DNA of 64,000 bases, taken from NCBI RefSeq assembly GCF_006345805.1, contig NC_043000.1, forward strand, positions 58,900,001 to 58,964,000, given 5' to 3'. Shown here piece after piece: positions 41,901 through 55,575 of this stretch; positions within the stretch are counted from its first letter, which is position 1, and every line of letters begins with the position of its first letter. Position numbers and translations under genes: made by a program. The notes under the pieces were generated by a model, which saw only the letters and a list, made by a program, of their open reading frames with translations, searched no databases and was not told the origin of the DNA. The stretch comes from Octopus sinensis. Taxonomy: Eukaryota.

Positions 41901-42080
41901 GGCACATAAAATCACCCACTACACTCTCGGAGTGGTTGGCGTTAGGAAGGGCATCCAGCTGTAGAAACACTGCCAGATCTGACTGGACTGGTGCAGCTTT
42001 CGGGCTCCCCAGACCCCAGTTGAACCGTCCAACCCATGCTAGCATGGAAAGCGGACATTAAATGATGATGATGATGATGA
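35922..42080 (+). repeat. Tandem satellite (17 units plus a partial, ~296-373 bp) derived from an RTE LINE 3'UTR, ending in the normal RTE 3' end with (GAT)n
   Basis: Recurrent ggtaccagtg...ccatccgaac...gacccggcaagactagtcag...gttgaggcaagtgaaaatcaaa; homologous to the reverse complement of 49900-50100; terminal ggaaagcggacattaaatgatgatg. Confidence 0.92.
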
Positions 42081-42169
42081 TATATATATATATTTAACTT
42101 ATGACTGCAAAATTCTATTTTTTAATATTTGATTTAAATTTATTGCTTCTATTATATTTTCCTTTCCAG

Positions 42170-42234
42170 GTGATTCTACATGTGGTCAGAAAGCAGTCTA
42201 CAAGTTAGGATTAACTGGCATACCAATCTATAAT
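42170..42234 (+). CDS. SCP2: SCP2 exon 4 (GDSTCGQKAVYKLGLTGIPIYN)
   Basis: polypyrimidine tract + ccag| acceptor, |gtaggc donor; GDSTCGQ motif. Confidence 0.95.
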
Positions 42235-44046
42235 GTAGGCTATTTTACTATTTGGGAGCATTGTTCTGGGTGGTAAAATACTGTTTTGAAAAATAGTTTG
42301 TTGTTGTTTGGCCCTTGTTTTGACCTGATGTAGAAGACCTATAACACATGTAGCAAATTTTTTTTTTTTTTGTCTTTGATCAGTAAGTGTTATTTCCTAT
42401 TTGATTCTGTCTACAAATCAAAGGAAATGACTACTATTCCCTTCAAACTTTGATTTTCTGAGCTGGATATCAATGTTTTGAAACTGACCTATTTTCCATT
42501 ACATTTCAGACAGATTCAGTGCTGAGTTGCTGAAGCAGAAATATCATTATAGCAAATATTCTGCTTTGATCTTTACAGTGTAATTAGAAGCATTCTTTCC
42601 ATGATTATCTTGTCTTTTTTATCTTAGACTATATTATCCAATGTGTCATTTGACATCTTTTTCTAGGAGTATGAATGGCTATGTAAAGACCCACTTATTA
42701 ACCTGAATAAATACATTGCACTTGTGTAAAAAATATTACAGCCCTCTGCCTAAAGATCTTGTAGAACCAGCTTTTATCTAAAGGTGATTCATAATCTTCA
42801 CATGCCTTCCTAGATTGAAGTATTTCATCTACAGCTTGAACATTAGAGTTTGGGGTGTCAAGGTGGTTATAGTTCTGAAATATAAATTGGGTGAAATGTT
42901 AGGTACAATATTTACAGAGTGAGACATAGCAAGAATCATATGAGAAGTAATTATATCAGGTGAACTTTGACAGATGTATTTAGTTTGGAAACTTGGAGAA
43001 GCATTAAAGTGTTTTAGTAGTGGTAAAAGAGTCAGTAACAGGATATGTCAGTTTGTTGGTATTTATAATGTGTAGGTGGGTGAAAGTTTGTCTTATTTTT
43101 GTGCTATCTAAAATGTTTATATATGTGTGGTAGCTGCTAATAATCTCTGGTTTGCACATGTACTTTATAAAGAACCAGTAACTGTTACAAGTGGAGTACT
43201 TTCTGATTTTGAAGTGAGTGCCATACTTTTGAGTTGTAAATATGGCAAACACCACTCAAATTATTACAAAATATAGATAATAGAAAATTCATATTTGGTT
43301 ATAACAAAAATTAATCTAAGCAAAAAATAGGTTTATAATGTTCAATTTTAATAATAAAATATTGAAAAATTTTCAGAAAATGTTTACCATTATAAAATTA
43401 TGTTAACATTATATTTGATATATCATGAGAAAGAAACACATTGGAAAATTCTAATTCTCAAGTAATGTTTCAAAAATAACGAAACATTTTATACCATATC
43501 CTCAGCTCAAAATTTTTAAATTTTTATAAAGAACCACTTTGTAATGCAAATGTAATGCTCTTTACTTCCAAAATATTATGGAGATTTTAGTAAATCTTGA
43601 ATTAAAAGTCTCTTACTGAAAGTCTCACATCACTACATATACTGACTATTAAAAAATACCATGTTTGTCTTTAAATTCTCTTTATTATCTCTCTACTTCT
43701 AATACTAACCTATATTTGTTCTATTGTATTCTTTCATATTTTCTCTTAAAAATAAATCAGTAAACAAAGAATTGATCTGCTTGCTCAGAGATTGGAGGGT
43801 TCATATCTGTCATATTTGTTTTTCTATCAATACATATGTTTGTTTACCTTGCTAGATAATTTTGGAATAATTCATATACTGGAGCAAATTTTATACTGCG
43901 AGGAAGAAGGATAGATAAGCAAAATTATGTAAAAATGTATATGTTGTGCCAAACACCCATTATACAATGACCGGTATTGTCAATTTACAGTTGTTATTTA
44001 TCAAATGCATGTTCATAATTATGCTTTTCTTTCAATGAATTGATAG

Positions 44047-44110
44047 GTGAACAACAACTGTTCCACTGGTTCTACAGCATTAATGCTGGGCAAACAACTC
44101 ATTGAAGGTG
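44047..44110 (+). CDS. SCP2: SCP2 exon 5 (VNNNCSTGSTALMLGKQLIEG-G), contains the catalytic Cys
   Basis: NNNCSTG is the SCPx-type thiolase nucleophile motif; atag| acceptor, |gtaagt donor. Confidence 0.95.
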
Positions 44111-44899
44111 GTAAGTAGGCTAATTAAGGTTTCTATAATTCATTATCTTTCTCACAGTATTTTGTCTAACTCTATGTAGAGGAAACAGAAGAAATACTGT
44201 TTGTTACTTGTGCCTAACACTCGTGAGCTATTTCAATGAACGGGCCATCAGATGGCTGCTCTACTTGTGATAAATAGCAGCCTAATCTCCTTTAAATTAA
44301 CAAAGATGCATTTGATATTGTGCTCGTACACATCCCTAAAAAGATGGTGTGATCATAATTGGAACTTGTTTGAGCCTAAGTCCACTCAAACAGGATTAGC
44401 CTGTAGCTAAACAATAACAATAGTGCACCACTGTAGAAAACAGCCTAGATCTAAATGCTTATGACACGATGTGAGTTACTTTTGTAAACTGCAGCAGCTC
44501 TACAAAAATTGACAACTTGTTTGTTAGCTTGCAGTGCTCAGTTCAGTCCTGCCTCTAGAGAAACCTGAATACTTGTAATAGACTGTTTTATCCAAGGAAA
44601 GCTTTTTCTTAATATTGTTGAAACTAGAGATATACTCTGTCTCTGTAGATTGAAGGACTCGGTGAAAATATATTCTTTTCTATAAGCGTTAAGAAGACAA
44701 CCAGGAGCTGTGTTTCTTCAAACAGGTTCATCATCTGATGAGAATTTTTATTTATACAAAGTCAAGCAATTGACATGGATACTACAAATTTTGGCTCACA
44801 TATATAAGTTTGACTTTCATTAAATAAATATTGATGAAAAAATAAAATATATTTCAAAAAAGAGGAAAAGAAAGAAACAATTATTTTATTAATTTTTAG

Positions 44900-44964
44900 G
44901 TCTAGCTGATTGTGTGTTGGCTCTTGGATTTGAAAAGATGGCCAGTGGTTCTTTATCTTCTCAT
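44900..44964 (+). CDS. SCP2: SCP2 exon 6 (GLADCVLALGFEKMASGSLSSH)
   Basis: CVLALGFEKM motif; tttag| and |gtaaga. Confidence 0.95.
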
Positions 44965-45560
44965 GTAAGATTTTACTTCTTTCTTGAAATAACACCTGTA
45001 AATTCATTAAAATGAGAAAAAAAAAAAAAAAAAAAATTATGAGTTTAAAGATGTAAAAATTTCTGAGATGGAATAAAATTGATTTAAGAAATGTTCTTTA
45101 AAAAAAATTTATAAAACATAGTTAATTCAATAACTTTCCCTCTTGGGAAATTTGATGTTTTAAGTTTACTGTTCGCTAGTGAATTAGACAGCACATCCCT
45201 ACTTTTTCTCCTTTTTCTTTGCCTGTTAATGTAACAGCTTAAACAGAATCGTTAAGACTTGGACTTCAGTAGAACCTTTTCAAAAATGTAACAAGAAATG
45301 GTTTAGATAATACTAGTGTTTTAAATTAGCTTTTTGCAATATTATACTAAATATACAGGTTAAATTTGGTTGAATTCATTTATATCTTTCATTCAAAAAT
45401 TGTTCTGTATACTTTAGAAGAAAATAAAAAACATGTTTTTACTTTTTGAGATTAAACTAATTTAAAAAATAGATGTGGTGTGCTAATAGATATTATAACC
45501 AAAAAGAAAACCAAAATCTCTGTATTTGATAATGTGATAATGATAATTTTATTTAGCAAA

Positions 45561-45789
45561 AATAATAAACACAAACACATACACTGGTTCAGTTTCACTT
45601 CTTTATTGTTTGTCAATTGGTTGGCTATTTAACTATTTGATTAATCATTTGGTTAATTAATCAGTTAGCTGTATTTATGCCAAGGTCCTTTCACCACCAT
45701 TTGCAATCTCTTCAATGACAAGCAAATTAGTTAAATAGTTAATTAACAAATAATGAAGTGAAAATAAACCTGTGTGTGTGTTTATTATT
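45561..45789. repeat. Imperfect inverted repeat / MITE relic
   Basis: aataataaacac...tttcacttc...ctatttaact vs agttaaatag...gaagtgaaa...gtgtgtttattatt. Confidence 0.5.
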
Positions 45790-46688
45790 GGCATGATGAC
45801 CCTCCTGAGATATAGCAAAATTTGTTTAAACATGAGGTCACATCAAGAATCTTGCAAACACAAATACAAAAACAAAATCTATTAAAAAGTTTTTAGAAAA
45901 ATATAATCATGAACATCCTGGTTCTGTATTCTCTAAATATTAATCTACAATACCTTGTTCTGTTTCTGAAGCTATATTCATTGAGTCTCTTAGAACTTAT
46001 GCTTATTGTTACAGCAGATACAGTCTAGAATATTGAAAAATTCATACACAAAAGACAACTGTAAGTTTTGAGAAAATTATGCTAAAATAAGCCAATGGTT
46101 TTGAAACTAGTTTATCCCATCACAAAAATTAATAAAAGATAGAAATAGAGAGAGGCTATTTTACAGACTAGTCTTACAATGTCTGAAGAGTGGGCATACA
46201 ATTTGTGCTTGTCATAATGGGGTATTATATTTTTGCATATATTTACTTTCTATTTAATTATCAGTAATTTAAAATGGATTGGCAAGTTGGATCAAATATA
46301 TTGTTTTTAACACTATTAACCCAACTGATATTTCATGCTGTATCAACTGTATCAGTTTATTATTATAGAACACTTGCTTCCAGATGTTATATATGTGATA
46401 ATATGCTTTAGTTAATCTCAAGCTGTTTCTTTTATTTTGAGTTCTAATTTCAGTGGACTTCTCTTTTGCATACCTATCTTTTAAATGCCAAAAAATTTTA
46501 TTATTTTAAATACATATGATTCTGTAACCATACTTAAATTTATATTAGTTCTGTAGTTCATAAAAGTATTAAACACATATTACACAAATATATTCTAATA
46601 TCCTTTAATGAAGAATATAAAATTGTAATGGATGAAAAATCATGGAATTCAGTTTATATTGAGGTTTGTATACTTCTTTCTATTCTAG

Positions 46689-46815
46689 TTTAATGATCGT
46701 GCCAACCCTCTTGAAAATCATGTTAATTCCATGGCTGAAATGAGAGGTATTGAGGCATCACCAATTACTGTACAGATGTTTGGAAATGCTGGAAGGGAAC
46801 ACATGGAAAAATATG
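46689..46815 (+). CDS. SCP2: SCP2 exon 7 (FNDRANPLENHVNSMAEMRGIEASPITVQMFGNAGREHMEKY-G)
   Basis: QMFGNAGREHMEKYG motif; ctag| and |gtaatt; 127 nt. Confidence 0.95.
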
Positions 46816-48088
46816 GTAATTAACTATTCAAATTTTATTAATAACTTTTTATCAATTTGTTGTATGGCTAGGTTAATATCTTCTTGACATCGGAGTGTTA
46901 CAACAAGAGGGAAAATAATTTTTATATTCAATTTTAGAATTGCCAAGGTGAGAGAAATGAGTGCTAGTTCTCTTCATATATATGGGGAGAGATAGAGAGA
47001 GAGCAAATATCATAGGTTTTTACCTACTCAAATGTAACTAAACTTTCTTTTACAATAAATAATTTTGTCTACTTTCCTTCATATTTTGTTTTAAACTGCA
47101 CTTAGATTTGAGAGTGAACCTAATATACTTAGTTGCTGTAGATTTTAAAATGGCATGTCAAGCTGACATGAAATTGATTGTCGTTTTTGTTTTATTATTA
47201 ATTACTACTACCACTTTTTTTTTTCTTAAGGTTTTACATCTAACATAAAAGCATGCATTATGATGGTTAGCATATGAAATGCAAATAGAACATGTATTTT
47301 ACTGCTAAAAAATAAAAAATACCTAATAAAGAAAGATATTGTATCTTGTTTAGATAATCGATTTGAGCTTTATCAGATATTTTAAATTCTATTTGTTGGG
47401 AGGTTCTGAAAAAACTGCAATAATTAATGAAGCAATGTTTTGCATAAATCATAGTCCCCTGTACGACTTGATAGCATCTATCATGTGCTTGCTAATTGTT
47501 TTAGGTTCCTATGTAGTTGTAAGCAGACATAGGCATTGTTTTGTTGCTTCCTACCATTAACCCAGTAGAACTTCAAGTTTGGGACAATAGAAGAGAAAGA
47601 GGGTTACACCAGCACTTGGCTGGTACTTATTTTATCTGAGCAGTCTGCTGCAACATGAATTAAAAAAACCATGTTTAATTACACAATGCATCATCAAGTC
47701 CAGGACTCAAAACCACAATTTCACAATCATGAGCTTTCTACCTTAAATACTTGGCCACACACTTTTACACTCATGACCATTTTCAGTTCCACTATCAAGT
47801 GGAACCTACTTCAACCTAGGTTAACTAATGCAAGTTGTGTAAATAAAATGATGCTATATTGTATTATCTGTTGTGTGTGAAGTTTGAACTCTTGATCTAC
47901 ATCTTAACCATCCATTGTACATCTAACAACATGATTATTAAATTTAATTCTTCTCTCCCTATTTCATTTCTTCATAAATTCTTTTCTCATCCAATAATTA
48001 TTTCTTTTAATAAGAAAGTTGTACACAACATATTTCATTGTTTTAAAGACACTTAAAATGTTTTGTTATTCATTGTTTGTACTTTTAG

Positions 48089-48152
48089 GAACTACAAAAC
48101 ATCATTTTGCTAAAGTTGCATGGAAAAATCACAAACATTCTGTCAATAATCC
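48089..48152 (+). CDS. SCP2: SCP2 exon 8 (GTTKHHFAKVAWKNHKHSVNNP)
   Basis: WKNHKHSVNNP motif; tttag| and |gtaagt. Confidence 0.95.
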
Positions 48153-48279
48153 GTAAGTTGAATTGTAAATTGACCTTAACAAAATCTATATGAAATATTT
48201 TATGAAACTCTAGAAATAAAATCAAAAACCCTTCTTTCTCTCTCTTCCAAAACTTGCATTTATTAAAAGCTTTTCTTTT

Positions 48280-49230
48280 TATTAGATTGGTCTACAAGAA
48301 ACTATTTTGCCAGTGACTTTTGCATGCTCTCCTAGACCTGAGATATCCACGCATTTCAAGTTTAACTTGAACAGATGCCGAGAAAATATATGCAGAGTGA
48401 GAATTCCAGAGGTTCCATCTGATGAACTAGATGTAGAAGTTAGTATGGGCCAAATATATTGGACAATGAGTCAGAAGTCCCAGAGCAGAGTTAGCATTAG
48501 ACCAGCCATCTCTGAGGATCAGAAAGAAGAGATGTGTTAGGGGTTGTACTATGGTGTTGAGTTTATTCCAAAGAAACAAGCAACCTTTCTTTGTACACGC
48601 ATCGGGGATGTATGTGTGTGTGGCAGCAGCAGTATCATCCCAAATGTGAGAGCAGTACTCCAATATGGATCCCACATGACCTTCATAGAAGGTTAGCTGT
48701 AGATGGGGGTATGAAATATTTTCCAACCCTGACTTCTAGTTGCATACTGTTCATGTTTAGGAGTGGGGAGCAATAATGTTTTCTCGATATGTATAATGAG
48801 CATGTTTTTGTGTTGCTGACGGAGACAAGACTGGCATCATTCCATTGGAAGATGTTTTCAAGGTTTCTGTTTATGGAATCAGTACAGGATTGATGTTAGA
48901 TGTCCAGGTTGCATGTGGAAGAATGAAGTGTGGTATCATCCATGTATGAGTGGGCACTGGAAGTGATATACAGATCCTTGATGTATAGGAGACAGAGTAT
49001 GAGGGAGGGTCAAAACCAAGCCTTGAAGTACTGCAAAGTTGAGTGTGAGTTACAACAAACTCCATCAACACACAATGTACTAGAAGCCACTAGTCTGAGA
49101 AATGTGACATGGTTGGAGTCCATAGGGAACAGCTTTACCAGGAGATTTGCATGCCAAATGTGGTTGAATACCTTCATGCCAAGAATGTTTCAAGGTCAGC
49201 TACAAATTATATCTATTGTGGAGTAGCCAA
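48280..49230 (-). mobile_element. Degenerate LINE RT C-terminal fragment
   Basis: Minus-strand FYEGHVGSILEYCSHIWD resembles the LINE YKxxIRPxLEYCSxxW motif; many stops. Confidence 0.6.
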
Positions 49231-49610
49231 AATTTGTCTAATGGTCTACAATCTCTCATGACACAAACTAATTGCATTAACATACAAAATCATAAGTTAT
49301 TTGAAAGCAGAGATAGTGAACGATATTTGTTGTCAGTAATGATATGAAATTATTGGATACCTTGTCAACCTTTATATCAGTGGCATAACAGAAAACTATT
49401 TCTGAAAGTAACATTAATATCCCTTACACGTTGTACTTAATCAATTGTTAATATTTGATTGGAGATTATGATTTTGGCATAATCCATTACTTTTAGGTTT
49501 CTCATTCTGTCAGACTCTTTAGATTTAATTTCTTCATAATCATAAAATTTTGACATATTTTGCATATCTTCAGGATTTTAAAAAGATCGTTTAATATGTT
49601 CTATCATTAC

Positions 49611-50310
49611 ATCATCATCATCATCATTTAGCGTCCGCTTTCCATGCTAGCATGGGTTGGATGCCCTTCCTAACGCCAACCACTCCGTGAGTGTAGTGGG
49701 TGCTTTTTACGTGCCACCGGCACAGGTGCCAGACGGGGCTGGCAAACGGCCATGGTCGGATGGTACTTTTTACATGCCACCGGCACGGGAGCCAGGCGAG
49801 GCTGGCAACGGCCACGATTGGATGGTGCTTTTTACGTGCCACCGGCACAGAGGCCCGTTGGGGCGGCACTGGCAACGGCCATGTTTGGATGGTTCGCTTA
49901 CGTGCCACCGGTACTGGTATCACAGCTACAATTTCCATTGATGTTGATCGATTTTGATTCTGATTTCCACTTGCCTCAACAGGTCTTCACAAGTAGAGTT
50001 TTGTGTCCCAAGACGGAAAGGTATGCACAAGTGGACTGGCTACATCCCAGGTAGAGGCCATGGGTTATGGTCTCACTTGTCCTGCCGGGTCTTCTCACGC
50101 ACAGCATACTTCCATAGGTCTCAGTCTCTAGTCATTTCCTCAGTGAGACCTAAAGTTCGGAAGTCGTGCTTCACCACTTCGTCCCAGGTTTTCCTGGGTC
50201 TACCTCTTCCACAGGTTCCCTCAACCGCTAGGGTGTGGCACTTCTTCACACAACTATTTTCAGCCCTTCTCGTCAAATGACCATACCAGCGCAAACGTCT
50301 CACTTGCACA
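49611..50310 (-). mobile_element. 5'-truncated RTE (BovB-like) LINE: ORF C-terminus, 3'UTR and (GAT)n tail
   Basis: RRLRWYGHLTRR...GRGRPRKTWDEVVKHD is the typical RTE C-terminus. Confidence 0.9.
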
Positions 50311-51650
50311 AATCAATTAGAATACCAATTTACAGAAGTATATAATTTACAAAATTAAATGAATAGCAGTAAGTCAAAAGAAACCCACTTATTTAAGATT
50401 ATCAAATTAATTAATTCCCTTGTATTCTACTTACTATCTTATCTACCAAGCATAAGTAGTAGACAAAGTTCTAGATATTTCACACAGACAGAAAAACACA
50501 CAAACAATCAATTGTCAAAATTGTTGAAGTAACAAAGTACTATGTAATATTTAGCTATGGCCCTTTCCCTTCTGACATCAGATGCCACCAAGGTTGACTT
50601 CATCATTTACCCTTCTGAGGTTGATTAGATACTGTCCCAGTGTAGTACTAGGTTATTATTATCAACTGTACCCTCCTTCCCTCCCTCCAAACAGCTAGCC
50701 TTTCCCTTTGTAAGAAATCAATATTGTGGATTATTAGTTTTATTATTGCTTGTGAATGTAGAATTTTAGAGCAATTAAATTTAAGCAGCAAAATGAAGAC
50801 TACTATCTATTAATCTAAATTAAGTTTGACAAGAAATATTATTTAAATTTTGATTTAATATTACTTAATTCAACTACAAAATGTGCATGTATTTTTGTTA
50901 TCTTTTTTTATACATTCTCATACTTTTTACATCAAGACGTTTTGAAATTGATATATGGGCAACTTTTATTAGTGGGTTAAAGCATGATTTAGAATAACAC
51001 TTTAAAAAACTTATTAAACTAAAACAATGCCAATAAGGTGATAAAAATGATCAAGTATTAAACAAAATGTTTCAAAATTTATTTTCATTTCTCTTCATTT
51101 TGATTTCAATTTCCATCAAGTCAACATTATTTTCCATCTTCTAAGGTTGATACAATAACTATCAGTTACATACTGGTGCCAATTCATTTGATTATACATC
51201 TCTTCTACAAAAATTAACCTTATACCCAGTTTAAAAAATTATATTAGAAGGTAAACATTCTTCAAATAGAATGGTGAATTGCCAGCTGGATTGAACTTCA
51301 TTTGTATTAGTTTCTATGTGAGCACTCTATAATTTGTTGATTACTAACTTAAATAATGTTATTAATGATAATTAATATTAAATTAAACTTTGCAATAACT
51401 AGGTGCTGGCACTTACAATTAATTAATTCCCTTGCAGAAATGTTAATTGCTAATCAGTTTAAGTTATATTGAGAATATATAATTGAAGGAAAACAATTTA
51501 AATCTATTGAGATTCTGATCAGATTTAACATTTTAAAGAAATCAATAATTGTAATCTGAAGTTATTTTACGTTTCATATTTTACCAATAACTTCATTTTT
51601 TAAAAAATGGTTTACATGTTAGGTAGTTAAATTTTTATTTTTATTACGTA

Positions 51651-53416
51651 CTAGCAGAATTGCCCGGCGTTGCTCGGGGCTGAATTGCTTGAAAGTACTG
51701 TTAATGATTGCACTGAATTATGATGATTATTCAGGCAAATATTGATATAAGCTTACGGTGGGAGATAAGGACTTAACGATCAAACGTGTGCCATTGCATT
51801 GTTTTGGGGGAACCAAATTTCTGATGAGCATTATAGGGGCACCAACTTTAAGCTTGAGAAAGTGTGGTGGTAGTCCGGGGTGCTCAAGGAATTGAGTACC
51901 TCTATTGGATAGTTGATGACGTCCTCTGGGTCAGGAGTTGTATCGATAGACTGATATACATAGACTTCCCCAGGAATGAGTTTTAGCATTTCATCATTAA
52001 TATGGTGAACAGTTTTATTCCTCGGGGCCAGTATAGCCTTTTTGCCAATCCAATCCATATTCTGATAATTAGCTTGTAGATCTGGGAACACTGCATCTCT
52101 GAGATCAGAAGGCGTCTTAACAATGGTACAAATGGAATCGATGGCAATATTACCAGTTTCATCCCCTGGTATTTTGCCTTCGCCAAGTGCAAGGAGGGTG
52201 TGAGGAAATGCTGCTGATGTGATATTACGTCGCATATGAGCACGCATATTGGTGTGAAGTTTGAGAGTTACTTCCGTTTATTTTTAAAAATATGCATTAA
52301 AATGGGAAAAAATGATGGTAAATTATTTGTAAAATCATAGACTCATCTTAGACGCGCGCTAATACCCAGAAGGGCTCGATATGAATCACGACTATAAGAT
52401 ACCCGGTTTTGGTTAAACTGCATCGCAAAATGTGGGAGTAGTTAGGAATCTAAATCGGAGTAGACAGACACACAACCTTTCTTTTATATATAAATATTTT
52501 CGTCCTAAAAAACTTTGTATGGATTGAATGGTTACCTCTATGGAAATATATACACGCACATTATACATACATGTGTGTATAGATGAATATATAAATACAT
52601 TTAAATATCTATATACACTTTTGGGCGATCTTTCTGTTTCTTAGAGATAACTTTAGATCTTATTTTCGTGCTAAAAAACTTTGTATGGAGTGAATGGTTA
52701 CCTCTATGGAAATATATACACACACGTTATACATACATGTGTGCATAGATGAATATATAAATAGATTTATATATCTATATACACTTTTGGGCGATCTCTG
52801 TGCTACTTAGAGATAACTTTAGATCTTATTTTCGTCCTAAAAAACTTTGTGCGGAGTGAATGGTTACGTGTATGGAAATATATACACACACATTATACAT
52901 ACATCTGTGTATAGATGAATGTATAAATACATTTAAATATCTATATACACTTTTGGGCGATCTTTCTGCTACTTGGATATAGGTCTTATATTCGTCCTAA
53001 AAAACTTTCCTGTCACACACTCACGCACGCGCACACACACACACACACGCACTCACTCACACGCACGTTAGCTTACAATTTTATTTATATATTTGCGTGT
53101 CTATGTGTGTAAAGAGGAAGTGGCAGACTGAAAGAGTCACTCACTACAAAAAGTGAATTACTTTCATTTTATTCGTTGCACACTGTGCGTGTGGTGTAAA
53201 CCACATTAAGAAAAGCATTTGACATACACACCAGAATGTGAGTTTTCTGTAAATTTTGCTTAATTGGAGTTTAAATTTTAAAAACTGGACCTGGCACGAC
53301 CCGATGCATTCTACTCTTAAAAATGCTAGGTAAATTGTAATTGAAGAAATCCTATATTGTAGATTTCTATAAGTGACAAAGGGAGGCAGATAAAATCTGC
53401 CTTTTATAATAAGAGA
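51651..53416 (-). mobile_element. Non-autonomous Helitron with a Pif1 helicase fragment and internal ~166-bp tandem repeats
   Basis: Minus strand A|TCTCTTATTATAAAAG 5' end; 3' hairpin cccgagcaacgccggg then CTAG|T; peptide KAILAPRNKTVHHINDEML...YPIEVLNSL. Confidence 0.88.
52495..53008. repeat. Three ~166-bp tandem units inside the Helitron
   Basis: cgt(c/g)ctaaaaaacttt recurs at 52501, 52667, 52833 and 52993. Confidence 0.9.
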
Positions 53417-53904
53417 TGAAAAGAGTAATAATAAAAATTATGAAAATACTTGTCTCTTTGACATAGAGGTTGTAAAGTTTAGGCAAAAATCTGTAATGTT
53501 ATAAGTTCTAATTTTCAATAGTCATTTGACTGCAACCATGCTGAAGCACTGCCTTCTAATTGAACAAATTGACCTCAAGACTTATTCCTTGTACTTATTC
53601 TATCAGTCTCTTTTGCTGAACTGATAAGTTACGAGGATGTAAACACTACATCAGCTGTCATGTGATGGTGAGGGAAACAAACACACACACAAATATATAT
53701 ATATGACTGGCATCTTTCTTTTTCCGTCTACCAAATCCATTCACAAGGCTTTGGTTGGCCCAAAGCTATCGTAGAAATATATATTTGTTTAATTATCAAC
53801 AGTGTTCTTCATGTGAAATGCTATTCATGTGAAGAAAAAGTAAATGTCAGTCTTTTTTCTTTTCTAGTGTCTTATTTTTATTTATTTGTTTTAAATTTTT
53901 ACAG

Positions 53905-53991
53905 TTATTCTCAGTTCCAAGAGCCTTATACTTATGAAGAAATACTTTCATCTAAAGAAATTCATTTTCCTTTGACTAAATTACAGTGCTG
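53905..53991 (+). CDS. SCP2: SCP2 exon 9 (YSQFQEPYTYEEILSSKEIHFPLTKLQC-C)
   Basis: YSQFQ...LTKLQCC; acag| and |gtaagt; 87 nt. Confidence 0.95.
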
Positions 53992-54681
53992 GTAAGTTAT
54001 CTTTTAGAGTTCTTTGTAATCTCCTTTAAATTTAAATAACATTATTTTGCATTCTATATACATGTTCTAATAGGATAATGTTACTTAAACACTTTATTTG
54101 CTTATTTAATACTAACAGTCTGAAACAAAGATGTCATTTTAGATAGTGAGGCTACTAAAATGATCACACTGAAATTAGGACAGGAAAAAGTCCTATAAAA
54201 AAAATAGTTAGCTAATAATGCTTTCTCATCATCAGTCCACTAACTTAACCTCCCTAAAGCACAAAGGTTAAAATTTCCAAATAGTAATCAATTAACCTCT
54301 AGAGCAATTAACTCCTAGAGAGAAATCTGCTGACCAACCGGCCCTTACATCTACCTACATCTTTTTGTGAGCAGTAAAGAATAAGATAAATAAATTTGTT
54401 TACAAACAATACCATGACAAGCTTGACTGATAACATTCACCTTCCCAAAACAAAGAGGTGAAATCTCCAAAATAACACCAACAACAAGTAAAGAAATCTG
54501 CTAACCAATTAACCTTACCATGTACTTATGTTCTTTTGTGAACTCTCAAAAACTCCGAAAATGTTGTTGTGTAGAGTTAATAAAGTTTTGGTATTACAGA
54601 CCATGACCATGGTATTTTGGGGAGAAATTATTCCAAAAACATTATGCCTAAAGTTTCTTTTTTTTTTTTAATTTATTTTAG

Positions 54682-54829
54682 TCCAACATCTGATGGAAGT
54701 GCTGCAGTTGTACTTGCCAGTGAAAAATTTGTTCGAAAGCATAACTTAATGCCACAAGCTGTAAAAATATTAGGAATGGAAATGTCCACTGATCAGTCTT
54801 CAACATTTAACACTGATAGCATAAATTTG
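54682..54829 (+). CDS. SCP2: SCP2 exon 10 (PTSDGSAAVVLASEKFVRKHNLMPQAVKILGMEMSTDQSSTFNTDSINL)
   Basis: PTSDGxAA thiolase motif; tttag| and |gtaata. Confidence 0.95.
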
Positions 54830-55089
54830 GTAATATTTCAGAGTATATTTTAATTTTATTTATTTGTTTCCTGTCAAATAAAGACTAGAGCAATTATGTT
54901 TCCTATCAATAACTAACACAGTATTATTTTTAATATAGCTTGATTTATGAATCAAACGCATTGAACATTTAAACATACATGTGTATATATTAAACATATA
55001 TGATATATATTTATGAGAATACTATGTACATGACTGGTGTAGAATCATTATAGTCAGTTGCTACTAGGGTAAATGAGATGCCTTTGATA

Positions 55090-55575
55090 GAAATAATTAC
55101 AGAGGTATCAAATTGCTGGACCAAGTGATGAAAGTAACATAGTTATAACCCAATTAATTAATGAAATATAGTTTCATCTAGTCTAACTTTATGCAGGGTA
55201 GAAGTACTACTGATACTGTCTTTGTCAGAAGTATTTAGCTAAGAATAAACTATTGTACTTGGAATTCATTGACCTGGAGAAAGCTTTCAACAGAACATCA
55301 TGTTCTGTGATATGGTAGCCTCCAAGGAAACTAAGGATAGATGAATTACTTGTGAAAACTGTACAGGGGCACTGTCAGTAAGGTAAGAGTAAACAATGAA
55401 GTCAGTAACAAATTTAGTGTACAGGTAGTGTTCACCAGGGCTTGGTTATCATTTCTCCTCCTATTCACCATCCTCCAGGCCATAACAAGAATTTAAGACC
55501 AGCATTTCCTGGGAACTACTATATACTGATGATTTTGTTCTCATAACAGAATCTGTAAGAGCTAGAAAAGAAATT
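55090..55575 (+). mobile_element. Degenerate RTE RT fragment
   Basis: FIDLEKAFNR and WELLYTDDFVLI (YADD-like) motifs. Confidence 0.7.

Noticed and set aside
35922-42061. Repeated ORFs (MLWAHNKHHP..., MPPTQV...) as a tandem gene family, or the array as a CRISPR
   Set aside because: Non-coding RTE 3'UTR units; frames are broken by indels between units; there are no unique spacers, no cas genes, and the context is a eukaryotic intron
54235-54545. Diverged ~190-bp direct duplication in SCP2 intron 9
   Set aside because: Old local duplication without coding or structural signal
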